From: Pavona decussata
Taxonomy: Eukaryota
Assembly (NCBI GenBank): GCA_977016875.1
Contig: CDRNST010000088.1
Span: forward strand, 434,001 to 498,000
Direction of reading: 5' to 3'
DNA: 64,000 nucleotides
Positions 1-12,500 of this stretch are shown in pieces (the first letter of the stretch is position 1; every line of letters starts with the position of its first letter). A program made the translations under genes and the position numbers. The notes beneath the pieces were generated by a model. That model had not been told where the DNA came from and made no database searches. It saw nothing but the letters and a program-made list of their open reading frames with translations.

Positions 1-3000
1 TTTGTTCGCGGACAGTCTTCAATGCGCGACAAACTGTGTTTTGAAATAATATTTGACGACGTTGTTCGTCATCGAAAGAAAAAACAGACACAAGATGAAA
101 TGTTTGAGGACCACGTTATCTCCAGGGAGAATTGATGAAATTAAACACCGCAGCGATAGTTGTTAGTGACTTGAACGACGGTAAAAAAGAGACGCTGCAA
201 ACAGCATATGCTTGATAACAAGCCACGGGACGCGACACAAAGGACACCCAACAGAATGTTATTTAGAATCTGTTTTCCGCCCGCATCTCGAAGAACACAC
301 AACTGCTAAGTCTACGCTGAAGTGCTGAATTGAGGATAAACGCACGGTAGACGGTAAAACCTTGGTACGCCTTCACAGCAACCTTAGTAAGCTTTAGGCA
401 TAAAAACCCGCAATTACTTTTGTGCCCTGCGCGTGAAGATTGCGCTTCCTTAATAGAGCACCAAGCACGTAGTACATTACTCACTTTATCGAAGAAAAGA
501 AAACATGTCAATAATCGGAGTACTGCGGGAAAAACTTTATTTGCGTTCACTGACGTGTAACGCCGTTGAGTCAATATATCGAGTTTGCACAGAAAGCCTT
601 GTTTTCAATACATTCATGATTTTCTTTCGAGCAAAGGCAAACAAATTCTAAGCGCACATTCAAAACTAGTTCAATAATTGGATAAGACAACTCGTTACCC
701 GCTAGAGAACGGAAAACCAAAGACTCTCTTCAAACAAGGAAATGCTAGTTAACGATCGTCATAAAAGATGCGTTATCGACTTGAAGTTAAAACACAGCTG
801 CTGCCTTACGACTTCCAATAACTAAAATTAGTTAAGACGGAAACTCTAAAGCATTAGCTTCTACATTTTGTTCATGGGGGGCGCTAAAAACAAACAACGC
901 CAAAGGGAAGCAGTGTTCAAAGGCTATGAATGGTCACACGCCACGATTTCATCTAACCAATCAAAGTATGGAGCTACGTGGTACAACAGAACAAAAAACC
1001 AACACATGAAAGAACTGCTCAATAGGTGGTATGCACCTGATATTATTTAAAAAAAGTAACATGTAAACATTGTAAAACTATCATGCAAATGTTCAGCTTT
1101 CCGTATCACTTTTCTTTCAAAATGTGACGTTTGGAGATTCACGACTGCTCATCATCGAGCGAGCATGCTTTTGAAAATGTCAATAGATTTTTTTTATTCC
1201 AAGTAACAATTAAAAAGTGGAATTGAAATATCAAGCAAGATGCTTACGACCTTTTGTGGTGTTTGTTTTGGTCGCCATAAAACCGTACACTATCATAATA
1301 TAGTGGTCACATACAAAGTTCGCTGATAACTTAGTCAAGAGAAACTCCTGGCCCCAAGTAAAAATAACTGCTAAAAACAGAATTGAATTAGAAGTTCAAT
1401 GCTTCCTTTGGTGGTCAGTTTTGGCCTCTGGCGAAGAACAGGAAGACATACGTTTTGGTGTCCAGCGGCTTTTCATTACAGATACAGAGTCCACAAAAGG
1501 AAAACTTTTAATTTCCGATTGTCTTCTCCGGCCCACAAGAGTCTGTGCTTAAATTCCACACTGCGTCTCTCGTAAATCAAAGGCTTTGGTCGTTGCATTT
1601 GGGCGCCATATGTTTATTTTACACTCATTTCTTGTTACAACAGGAAAAAGATAATTGTGGAAAGTCATGGATGTGGTTATTAATGAATCGATGCAAATTG
1701 ATGACTTGACATTTGATAGCTGTAGGCACAAGGGCTGTTTTTAACAAGGTTATTATTTTTTTAATTAAATTTTCTTTAAGCAAAACGTCAATGTTCATTA
1801 ATTATTTTGTGGGACTAGCATAATAGAAATCCAGTTAAGATAATGGTTGACTAGAGGCTCCGAGTGCTGTTTTAGATGTGTAATGGTTAATTTTGATACC
1901 GTGGAGAGGTAGTCCCTTAGAAGCTTTATAGGTAAGTAGTGGTAAAGCGTTTAAGTATAGTACGACCTATAAACGTAACTTAGCCATACAATAATAAAGA
2001 AGCTTATAGGACAGGCAATTCCTGTGACGGACGGCGACCGGAATTGGGGGTAGCGTTCTCGCCCACATTGTGGAGTAAAGCGCCTCTATAAGAATATTGA
2101 CAATTTACAGGACATAAAAAAACCCTTCTTTGGTCTAGAATAGTTTGAATTTCTAATTATCGAATGAAATACAGTAATTGCGAATTAAAAATTGCCCAAA
2201 AAACAAACTTGAACGATTGCGTTGAAATTTGATCCTTGTGTCACATGGGCGAATTTGATCCGTTCGCGAGGACGTGTGTTTGTTTACGTAATATTGCTTA
2301 GTTACGAAAATATAGAAAAGAGAGAGAAAAGCTTTCCTAAATGAAAAATTTATTCAGATAAGCCGTTTTTACGCCTGAAAAGTGAACGCGTACAATTTTA
2401 GCTTCGAGGCGACCAAAAAGGAAGCGATTTGAAAGAATTGCGAGTCAATTTTGAAGCGAATTTATTGACCAACGCGGAGCACGTTTTCCAAAAATTTCGC
2501 GAGCATTGTTAGATAGGAATATGAAGAATCGGTCATTTGGAATAGTATTTTGGTACAACTTTTTTTCTTTGGTGGATTCCCAGAAGCGCTCAAACATTTC
2601 CGAGAAAGTCCGCGGCCACGGCCCGGTGATGATTTGCGATGGCCGATTCCTCGAAGCGACATTTCTTCGCTGTGAACTCTCGGATTTCTTTTGTTTTAAC
2701 TGTCGATTATTTTGTAGAAGTTCTTCTTTTGATTTACCGTTTCATTAAAATATGTACTACAGATTTAAGCTCCAACTGAAAGACATATAAATATATTTTC
2801 AAAATAGATCAACAAACCACTGAATAAAGTCCCTCAAAAAAAAAACGATGCGAGTCCATTTCTCGACCAACGAATAGAAAGTGAGCTCACAATTTAAAAA
2901 GGACACTATCGATTGTCTTAAAGCTTTCACGCATACCAGCAAAAAATACCCACTAAAACAAGTAATTATGTCGTAAGTAAGTCAGACACCTTCGTGTTTA

Positions 3001-3242
3001 TTTGAGCCCGCTGTCATTTATCAAAAAGTTAGCGGTTCAAGTCTCCTGGGAGTTTACAGCTGAGTGACCAAGTGAATCCAAGTCCACTCTACGTTCGTTT
3101 CATTGCATTCACTCGTAAAAAGGAGCGCCATTGGCTTTAAGCACTTCACAGCTGTTAACAGCTCTGCACTAAGGCAAATCAACATTTCAAGTGAATATTA
3201 CTCGGGCGGTAGTTGTAATCAATCCAAAATTCGGTGTGAATA

Positions 3243-3429
3243 CAGTCAACTCTCTTTATTGCAGACACCCTCTGGAGCACCAGTTAGTGTGCTTAATAGC
3301 GAGAGTACGTAATAGCGAGAATTTATAACAGCCAAACGTCTGTAACATATTTTAGCCGGGGAATTAGATGTTGTCCGTATTATCGAGGTGTCCGTAATAG
3401 CAAGGTGTCCGCAAGGCGACAGTTGCCTG
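3243..3429. mobile_element. Tc1/mariner-type MITE
   Basis: ta|cagtcaactct...agttgcctg|ta; tgtccg(taata) subrepeats. Confidence 0.7.
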
Positions 3430-3500
3430 TTACTTTATTGGATGGTAACCTGCAAAGAACGTGAATACCCTTCAAAGCAATTGACAAATGGTTCCCTCAC

Positions 3501-3599
3501 CTCCACTAATCCCGGCAGACTCGAATCCAAGTCCCCTGGAGAGAGGTTATCGCTCATTTTGTCCAACAACGTGTGCAAGGTGAAACTGAGGACATGAAG
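3501..3599 (-). CDS. UTP20: UTP20 exon 21
   Basis: cag|LHVLSFTLHTLL...PGDLDSSLPGLVE|gtgagg. Confidence 0.85.
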
Positions 3600-6500
3600 C
3601 TGAAAACAATGATAATAAATCAGTCGTTTGCATTAATGAGAACAACACGTATTTACTGAATCGAGGCTAATTTGAATATTGGATTTTTCATTTTATGAAT
3701 GGATTATTGAATCGACGAACGAAATCAATTTTCGAAGAATGAATTCATTAGCCCGTTGACGACGGGAACGCTTGGCCGGCTGTGACTGTAACACTGCATA
3801 CAATTTAGAACAATTGATAGAATCGCGTTAAAGATCAAAGCCATAACAGTGACCAGCACTTAAATTCTTCTTACGATATCAACGATGAAAGTAATAAAGT
3901 TAACAAATTCTCCGAACTAGTAGCACAGAAAATATATGAACAACAGTGAGGGGAATATGCATGTTGATCTGAGGCCAAGAGTCGAACCTTCTGGCATGTA
4001 CACGTCATGTTGTTTTTAATAAGTATCACCGTTCGAATGAATGCTCTCCAACTCGTGCTACTTTCCAGTGAAACTGTTTATTACGCTGTACTTTGGTGAT
4101 TCTAACTTTTTGAGTCTGGATAAAATCCTAAGGTGTGACCATTCAGATGGAAGTTCGTTTGTAGTACTTTTCTGTGGTGCTGTCTATTCATTATCTCTTT
4201 CTGAAATTATATAAGGCATGTTTACTAAAGGTTGAAACAGAAAGGGTTTAGCGAGCCGTGCCTTGATGATCGCTTAAATTACATCTTGACTTTTAGAGTA
4301 GACAATGTAGCATGGAAATTTATTTGTTGATACCAAGAGACAACTAATAGAATAGCTGTAAAATCTCTTCGCCTCTGGGATCCCTTCGCTTCACAACTTA
4401 TCCAGCGTTCGTTACGTTACGTTCTCTTTTGGCAATAAGCTATCACCTGGTATCCTCTTGTGAGCGAACCTCTGAGCTCCTTTAGAACGAACGAGAAGTA
4501 CTGGGTTCCAAGGGAGACAGTGATTTTTGCCAGGGTATCCCGCGCTGCATCACGCACCTCTCGCGCCCTGCTCCTTAATGTCTGACAAACTCGCAGAAGA
4601 AGTCTACGAACAAAATACAGGGCTCAGTGACAATTAGGAAGACGACAAATAAACAAAAGATAATAATAAAAAAGTAAAATAAAAATAAACAGGCTGGACT
4701 GTCGTACTGCAAATCTAACAAGTGGTCACAGAGGCAGACTTTCAACTCAGGCGTGGAGATCTTCGGATCGATTTCAAGTCACCACCTCTAGCAACTACTC
4801 AGCCCCGTCTGCTTATTAACAAAAAGGGCACTACATATTATCTATCCACGCCATAGTTACTTAGATACCCTAAATATTACCAACCTTAGCAGCTTGAAAG
4901 AAAGACGAACTCAGCTCTGCCGTAAATATATTCAGGAGATGTCTCAAAATGATCAACTAGTGGTCATAGGTACAACCTGCGGCCCGGCGGCAACAATAGA
5001 TATAATGTTCACGCTGATAGGAGTTGTTGCCGTACCCAGCGTTCAGGTTCCTTTATTTCATTCGCTAGTAAATAGTTGAATATGTGAAAAGTTATTTAAG
5101 ATATTCTTATTGTTCCTATAGTAGTAGTAGTTAATTATTTATTGATTGTAAATTTATAGCCCTTTAATTCAGTCGATTCTGCAATGTGGCAAAAAAACGG
5201 TATATTTATTTATTTTTTTTTTTTAGCCACGTTGTCTACTAAAGACAGACACACATAAAGACAACGACAACAAAAACAAATAAGTAAACAAAAAAACATT
5301 TGTTGATTTCCAGAAAAAAATATCGTGTATTTTCAATTGCGTGTTTTCTCACCCTGGAAGATGCAAGTGTAGCGCATGTGTGGGTAAGGCTTGAAGGAGT
5401 TTGATGATAGCAAGAATAATGGGGACACGTAGGACGTCCTGCTCATCTTCTGCTTTCTGTTGACTCAGACGGTGAAAGTTGTCGGACTTGTTCTGCAAGA
5501 AAAACAAGAAATTTCAATGAATCAATGGAAGAACAAATGAACTGTGTAATGACTCTCTGACTGAGTTTTCAGGGCACGAACAAACGAAACAGAAAACGAA
5601 GAGATGAAAAAAGGAACGAAGGAACGACGAAACGGACAGAGAGACGGATGGTCATACATGGTTGTCATGACTTAAATAACGATCAATTGAGAACCACAAC
5701 TATCGTACTCGTCCAATGTTATCGCCCATTTTCTTTCACAAATATAGCACATGAACGGTTTTCAGGCCAAGAGCACTTTCGTTTGTTCTCTTGAATGTTG
5801 ACGCGAAACCTTGCCAATAGCCGCTAAATGCCGTCGCAGTTTGTCCTTTAAATACTCACCTTCTTAGTGACGCACTTGTGTAACTGAGGCAGAATAGTTG
5901 AGGTGATTGTGTTGTAGATTCGCACAGCAAGTTCCTCTTTGGAAACGTCTGTAGCTTGTCCCTTTACGGCTTCTCCGCTATCGTCATTGTCGTCTTCTTT
6001 ACTGACACTGTCTTCATCATCACTGTCAGTTTTATCGTCAGCATCTTTCTCCTTTTCGTTCTCAACGTTAACATTTTCACTTTTGTTTTCCACGGCAATG
6101 TTTCCATCTGAAGCAAAACAAATATAAAAGATTACCAACTGAAAAGGGGAAAAAATAGATACAGCGATGTTGTAGCACTGCAGCTACAAATAGAACTGTT
6201 TTTGATTGACGAATGGGCATATATGGCTGTCATAAATTGAATAACGATCGAATTAACATCACAACTCTTGTAATCGTCCAAAGTTGTTGCCCCTTTCCCT
6301 TTACCAATGCAGCACACGAGCAGTTTTCAGGCCAGGAGCTTTTGCTTCTTCCGTTTGCTCTCTTAAACGTTGAAGCGAAACCTTGACTATAACCACAAAC
6401 TTGCCGTCACCTAACTTAGGAAACTCTCTTGCAGAACAGCCTAATATAACAGTGTACCAACTTACGCCAGTCTACGTACCTTGGAGTTTAACACTTTCCA

Positions 6501-9500
6501 ATTGCTTAGGAACAGTGCTGAGGTCGAAGTGGAAATTATTCAGAATGATGACCACAATTCTAGAGAAATAAAATATAAACAATAAATAAATATGCAAACA
6601 ATAAGAGCGTTCAATAATGTTTTTTTTTTCTATTTACTCGGTGGGGGCGTGTATATTTAGTGGTCAGCACGTTGGAATTTCGATCTGAAACTCTTTAATC
6701 CTTTACTCTAGTTAAAGAGCACGGCCCAAAATAACAATGATCCAAAATTATTTCATTGTGTATGATACGTAGAAACAAACAGCACCACAGTTAAGTACAC
6801 TCAGAAGCTTTTATTTCAAATTGTCACACTCAAGAATAGACCCTTCTCCAAAATGGCGGCCGAAAATTCAAATAAGTTAAAATTAAAAACGTATACCAGC
6901 ACTAGAAAGAGCACTTTTACCTTAGCAACCCTGCAAAGTTTGAGCATATCAGGTGTAATACCAGCTGAGAAAATGTAAGTTGAAAAATGAAAACTCTGCA
7001 GACGTTTCTATGGCTGGGGGTATGACATATACCCCCAGTCATACAAACGTCTGTAAATTTGTCAAATTTCATCTTACATTTCCTAAGCTGATATAACACC
7101 TGATATGCTGAAACTTTGCAAGGTTACTAAAGTAAAGGTGCTCTTTCCAGTGCTGGTATCAGTCGTTCATTCAGTTCAATTTTAACTCATTCAAATCTAT
7201 TGCCGCCATTTTAGAGAAGGGTCTATTTCATCCACATACTCAAAAGTTAGCATAATAAACAGCACCACAGGAAAGTACTTTCTCAGTAGCTTTCATTTGA
7301 ATAAACGGCACCACAGGAAGTACTGAGCATTCACAGCATGTTAGAGCCATATTTTCTTACATATCATAAGAACTACCTGTGGGCGTAAGTGCCTCTAAAC
7401 GTCAGCGTAAAAGCCTCTCTTTGGCTTTGCTATCAAGGCTGGAGGCTTAGAGATTTCATATATATACCTAGCCACTTTAGGAAACTATAAGCTGGTTGGA
7501 AATAAAAACACAAACATCAAACTCTTTACCTGACGACAACCTTCTGGAAATTCCTTTCAACAGGAAGAAGTTTCAAATAGTGTCTCAACAGAGAGCAATA
7601 CTTGGACCACGGCAGGCTCGCCGATATTGTTCCAATAGTGGTGACAGCCTCGGTAACAAGGTTGTGCTCCTTAGCAGCCGTGTGATCAAACACACAGTGC
7701 GTTGCCAATGGCAACAAAAACGCTGTCAGGGTTGTGGTTCTGAGGCTATGCTGCTGACAATGTGACTGCAGGCGGCGAAGCGCGCGAATACGGCGATGGA
7801 GCTACAGAGTTATAAAAAATAAAATTTTCAGTTCGAAACGTCTTCAGTTCAGTCACAGATAAAGCATACGTAAGTTCCAAGTTTATCTTGTCATAAATGG
7901 GAAAAAAAGTCAACGTAACTTAATCTGCTCAATAGCTTTCCCACTTTAAAATTAAATGTCGTCCATGTTTGTCGTCCTTATTTCCTCTCGTCTTTTCCCT
8001 CTCTCAACTTCAATGAACCATCATTAAATTCGGTAAATTTATTGAACTTGGCAATAACTCTGCAGTAAAGCAAGTTTCTATTCCTTGTTTTCTTCCCTCT
8101 GACTCCTTTTTAAAAGTGGATGACCTTTTGTCTACTTCAGAATTTATGGCACCGAGGGAGGGGCGGGACCGGATTCAAAAGTCCAGATTAGAAAAACACA
8201 TCGCCAAGAAACAAGGTTTTGTAGATGAAGGAAGCGAAATCTTTCCTCACCTGTATGTGTTTGATATTTTCAAAAAAGTCCTTCTCGGGATCCTCGTCCA
8301 ACAGAACCTTCAGATCCGAGAAGGAATCGTGTTCAAACTCACGGACCATCGTAGACAGCACACCTAGAAATTCGTTCCTGGCAATCTGTGGACAGAAACA
8401 TAGTGAAACGTAGAGTACTTTCTATTTGTCAGACCTGGTCGTGCCAGACCGACCAGTCTGTAAATCCAATGCGTTATTTTGAAGGGATGATGCTGCAAAA
8501 TCTTGAAAATAATCACTCCGCAAATGGTACGCGCTATTTTAAAGAAATTTGAATTAGTAGGAAAAAACTTATCCTTCAAATTGGTCCATTCCTTTTACAA
8601 AATGACCGGTATGGCCGGCCAGTTTTGACAAATGGAAAGCTCCCATAGTTTCACACTGCTGGCTTTTGATGAAAGCTAAAGAAATTAAAAACTGAGAAGA
8701 CCAATCCAGCATTGACTAGGCTAAAAAATATCGTGGCTTTTCAGGTAGAGATCAACTCTGGTTACCGTAGCATGAATCTTGGCTTAAATACGCGCGAACA
8801 CACTCATGAGGCTATCAGGTATGGACGCATTGATCAGCCAAGCCTACACTGGAACCTTCGCACGCACCAAAGTCGAAGAAAAGCTACCTTTTGGGTTTTA
8901 AGGTGGCGAAAGCCAAAAATGAAAATAAAACAAAAACAAGAAAATTTCAAAGATCTTAACTAAAAGCAATGATAAAGAATTAATTAAAGTGCGACTTAAC
9001 ACGATATTACAGAAAAAAATACAGTTATCACGATAAAACGAAGTCAACGCTTTTAAAACAACTTACCTCCTTTTTTGAAGAGAGCGCTTTCTTGCAAGCC
9101 GGTAGCAGACACTTCATGATAAGAACATGAAATGCTTCATCCTTTTCTCCACTCCGCTGTACAACATATCGCACGATGCAACTCATGCAACTTCCAGCGC
9201 TGTCTCTTAGAGACAAGTCATCGCTATTTAAAACGAAGTAAACACAGTTATGTAACAATGGTAGAATCTCCTCTGTTTTAAGTTCGCCGTGTTGGATGAG
9301 AACTTTTGCATTCGCAAAGGCAGTGAGCCTAGCGTCGTAATCAGGTTCTTCAAGGCGCTTAGCATTCCAAGCATTTACTTGGGCAAGAAGGTCAGACATC
9401 TTCGAAGAGAAGCTGACATCGACATTTGCAAGCTCCAAAAACACTTCGCACAGGCACTGTCTGGTGCTGCGGGCATTTATCTGCGAGAAAAGCTTCGACA

Positions 9501-12500
9501 GAGGTGTGACGAAGTTTCTAGGTGAATCAACATTTGTCAAAAGGCTCTTCATGGTCGTCAGAATGTTGTTGGCTGATTCGTCCTTTTGGGAAGAATTCAA
9601 GAAAGGCAACAGCACTTCTATCAGAATAGCGGAGTGTTGAGCGTCTTTCACAAATGGACTGATTTTGGATAGCACTGAAAGCTCTCGAGGAGGAAGAACC
9701 ACTTTTCCTTTGCTCTTTCTAGAGTTCTCGACCGCTTGTTTGACAGAACGACTCAGGTAATCAAGGATCTCCGAAATGTGTGGGAGAACTAACAGTGTTC
9801 CATAGCTGGGCTTGTTTTCATGGTTGTAATTCGAGGGTACTCTAAAAAGATAATGTTTACACAAATTAACGCATGAATAGAATACAGTACGAAGGAATGG
9901 AGAGACATGGATGCCTCTCTTCCGATATAGGCAATGATAATTTGCAGGGGGTTGAAGGGAGGGAGGAGTCTGAAGTTAAGGTTTACGACAGTTCAATCTT
10001 TTCTTATTAGGCAGTCATTTTCAGTACAGTGAAATACCGATTTTTCGAACCTCCAAGGGAAACTAATTTGGTCCGAAAAATCGGGAGTTCCAAACATCGG
10101 AGGTAAAAATCTGACTGAAGCAAATTCAAGGAAAACGACTTTTGGTCGGAAGAATTGAGGGTTTCGAAAAATCGAGGTTCCGATAATCGAGATTCCAGTG
10201 TAATTTATACAAGACCAGGAAGTACTAGGCCTGGAACAGAGGAACCCTGGGCGAATGATAAAGTTCGGAAATCAGTCGGAGGTTCCGACCACGAGTGCCT
10301 AAGGGCTTTCAGATCTCCCCACCAAAATTGCGCCATCGATTCTAGTTCTCGATTCAAGCTTGATCAGCTTATCTAAAATTCAAAATGGCGACCTCGCTGG
10401 CATTCTAAGTTGAGATGAGGAAGGAATTATAAAATAATGATTAAAAGACTAGTTTTTTTCTACAAAAGGTTTTCAATTTAATTTTTACATAAACAGTGCT
10501 GCATCATTTCGTTCTAAGGCATAGGGACGACATTTGTCAACTAGTTTTACCGCGTCGCGGCGTGTAAGTGCAAAACCGAAACAGGAAAAACTACTACAAT
10601 TCAGCAGTGTTACTTACGTTAGTTCAGAGCCACATTCCAGTAAATCACCTTCTTCATCTTCCATCTCTGATTGGCTTCCGGACAGAAGATTGTCTGTCAT
10701 CTCCATTACCATAGCAACCACATCCATTGACACCGACGGAACACGCAGACAGGCAAACACACACGACATGATTGACAGGTCCGGGTCTTGAAGTGGTCTT
10801 TTCGAGAGCAAGGGAAAATAGCGGAGATTCTTAGACCAAGCGAAGAGAAGTTTGAGGAGTGCTGTTGGGTGTTGAATGCTTTCTTGGTGCAGCTTCTCTA
10901 CCTGGAAGAAAAAGAAACAAACACGTCAAAACGCGGTCTGTGAACAAAATCTACAAGTTTTCATGGTGAGTTACTCTGGGTTAGCGCTAGGTTAGGCTAT
11001 AAGGCTGTTAACCGAAGGGCCTTGAAACCGGAATATTGTGGCAATTTGCGGACGCCAAGTCTAAAAATTCGGCTCTTCCTTGATCAAAAATGAGGTGACA
11101 GAGTCTGATAAAAACTTCGCTTTTAGTTCTTGCGCTTGGTGTGTCAGTTGACTCCTAGGTCTTACCTGCGGCCATACGGCGGAGGAGAACACAGCATCAC
11201 AGATGGGTCTAAAGTCATAATCTGACATCAACTCAAAGAACTCGGTCAGGCGAGTTATGGCCAACTGACGAACCGTCTTCAGCTGTGAGATGAAAGATGG
11301 TTGAACCTGCGAACGATTAAAGAAAAAAGTGTGAACGTAATAAAAATACTGATGCGGGACCATATGTAACGAGAGGACAATTCACAGCAAGGTGCAGTAA
11401 GGCGTCAGAACCTAAAGATTTAAAGAAGGGAAGAGGCTAGTCTTTGAAGATCAGGCGAGGAGGTTGCTTGCTTTATAACCTAAAGCCTGCCCGCACACTT
11501 GAGGAAAGAGATGAGCAAACTGCCTTGCGAGGCATTGCGAGACCACGCGAGGCAATCAGCTCAGCTGTTTCCTCAAGTGTGCGGTTGAGTTTTCGTGAGG
11601 ATTTCGTCTCGTAAGGCGAAATCTCAAATACCAAACACGACAGATATAAAACTTACGAAAACTCAACCGCACACGTGATGAAACAGCTGAGCTAATCGCC
11701 TCGCGAGGCAGTTTGCTGAACTCTTTCCTAAAGTGTGCGGCAAGCTTAAGGCCCGCTTAACTTACCATATCTCGTTGCTCCAAAGCCAGTACGCATGTTG
11801 AGAGAAGAGAGAGAATGATTTGCAGAATGGAAGGATGAAAGGGAACGGCAAGGATTCCCAGCTTGTCCAAAATCTGAGACACCATTCCCAGGAAGCCTTG
11901 TTGTTTTTTCAGAGGTACAACACGGGAGAGGTCTTTTGTTGTCGTGATCACACCTGGATTGTCTGCTGTTGATAATATGCACGAATAAAAGACAACCATC
12001 AGAAAATTAATTAGATCGTTCTAATTTAAACATAAAACGCGCTGCTCGGCTCTCCAATCACCCGTTCTCCTCTCCCTGAGAGAAATAAGAAATAATTTCT
12101 AATCTATCTATTTAGGGCCTGTTCTAGGAGAAAGTAGTGTACACTTACAGCGCCAGGAACCACCAAGGGAGATACACGCTCAGGATTGCACACAATCAAA
12201 AACGGATTTCACTACGAATAAATTTGTTCTTGCGGGAATTGTTTCCAATCGAATGCGCAAATCCCGTGCCTTAGTACTCCCGAGATTAAAATCGGACATT
12301 AACAGCATGACTTCATACCGCTACTAGCAGATATGACATCAGGAAAAAGGCAACATGCATCTCAGGCAAAGTCTGATAAAAGAGAATCCCCCATACCAAA
12401 AACGATGGCGATTGCGGGTACCTTTACCCATGATTCTTAGCGTACGAAATCCCTTAACACGCTCACAAAATAGCACAGGAAAAAAAATAAAAAATTCAAA

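Noticed and set aside
1-3200. Further UTP20 exons or other genes
   Set aside because: No recognisable continuation (expected ELFG..AEEKEV-type sequence) found; short ORFs look random, so probably intron with unclassified repeats
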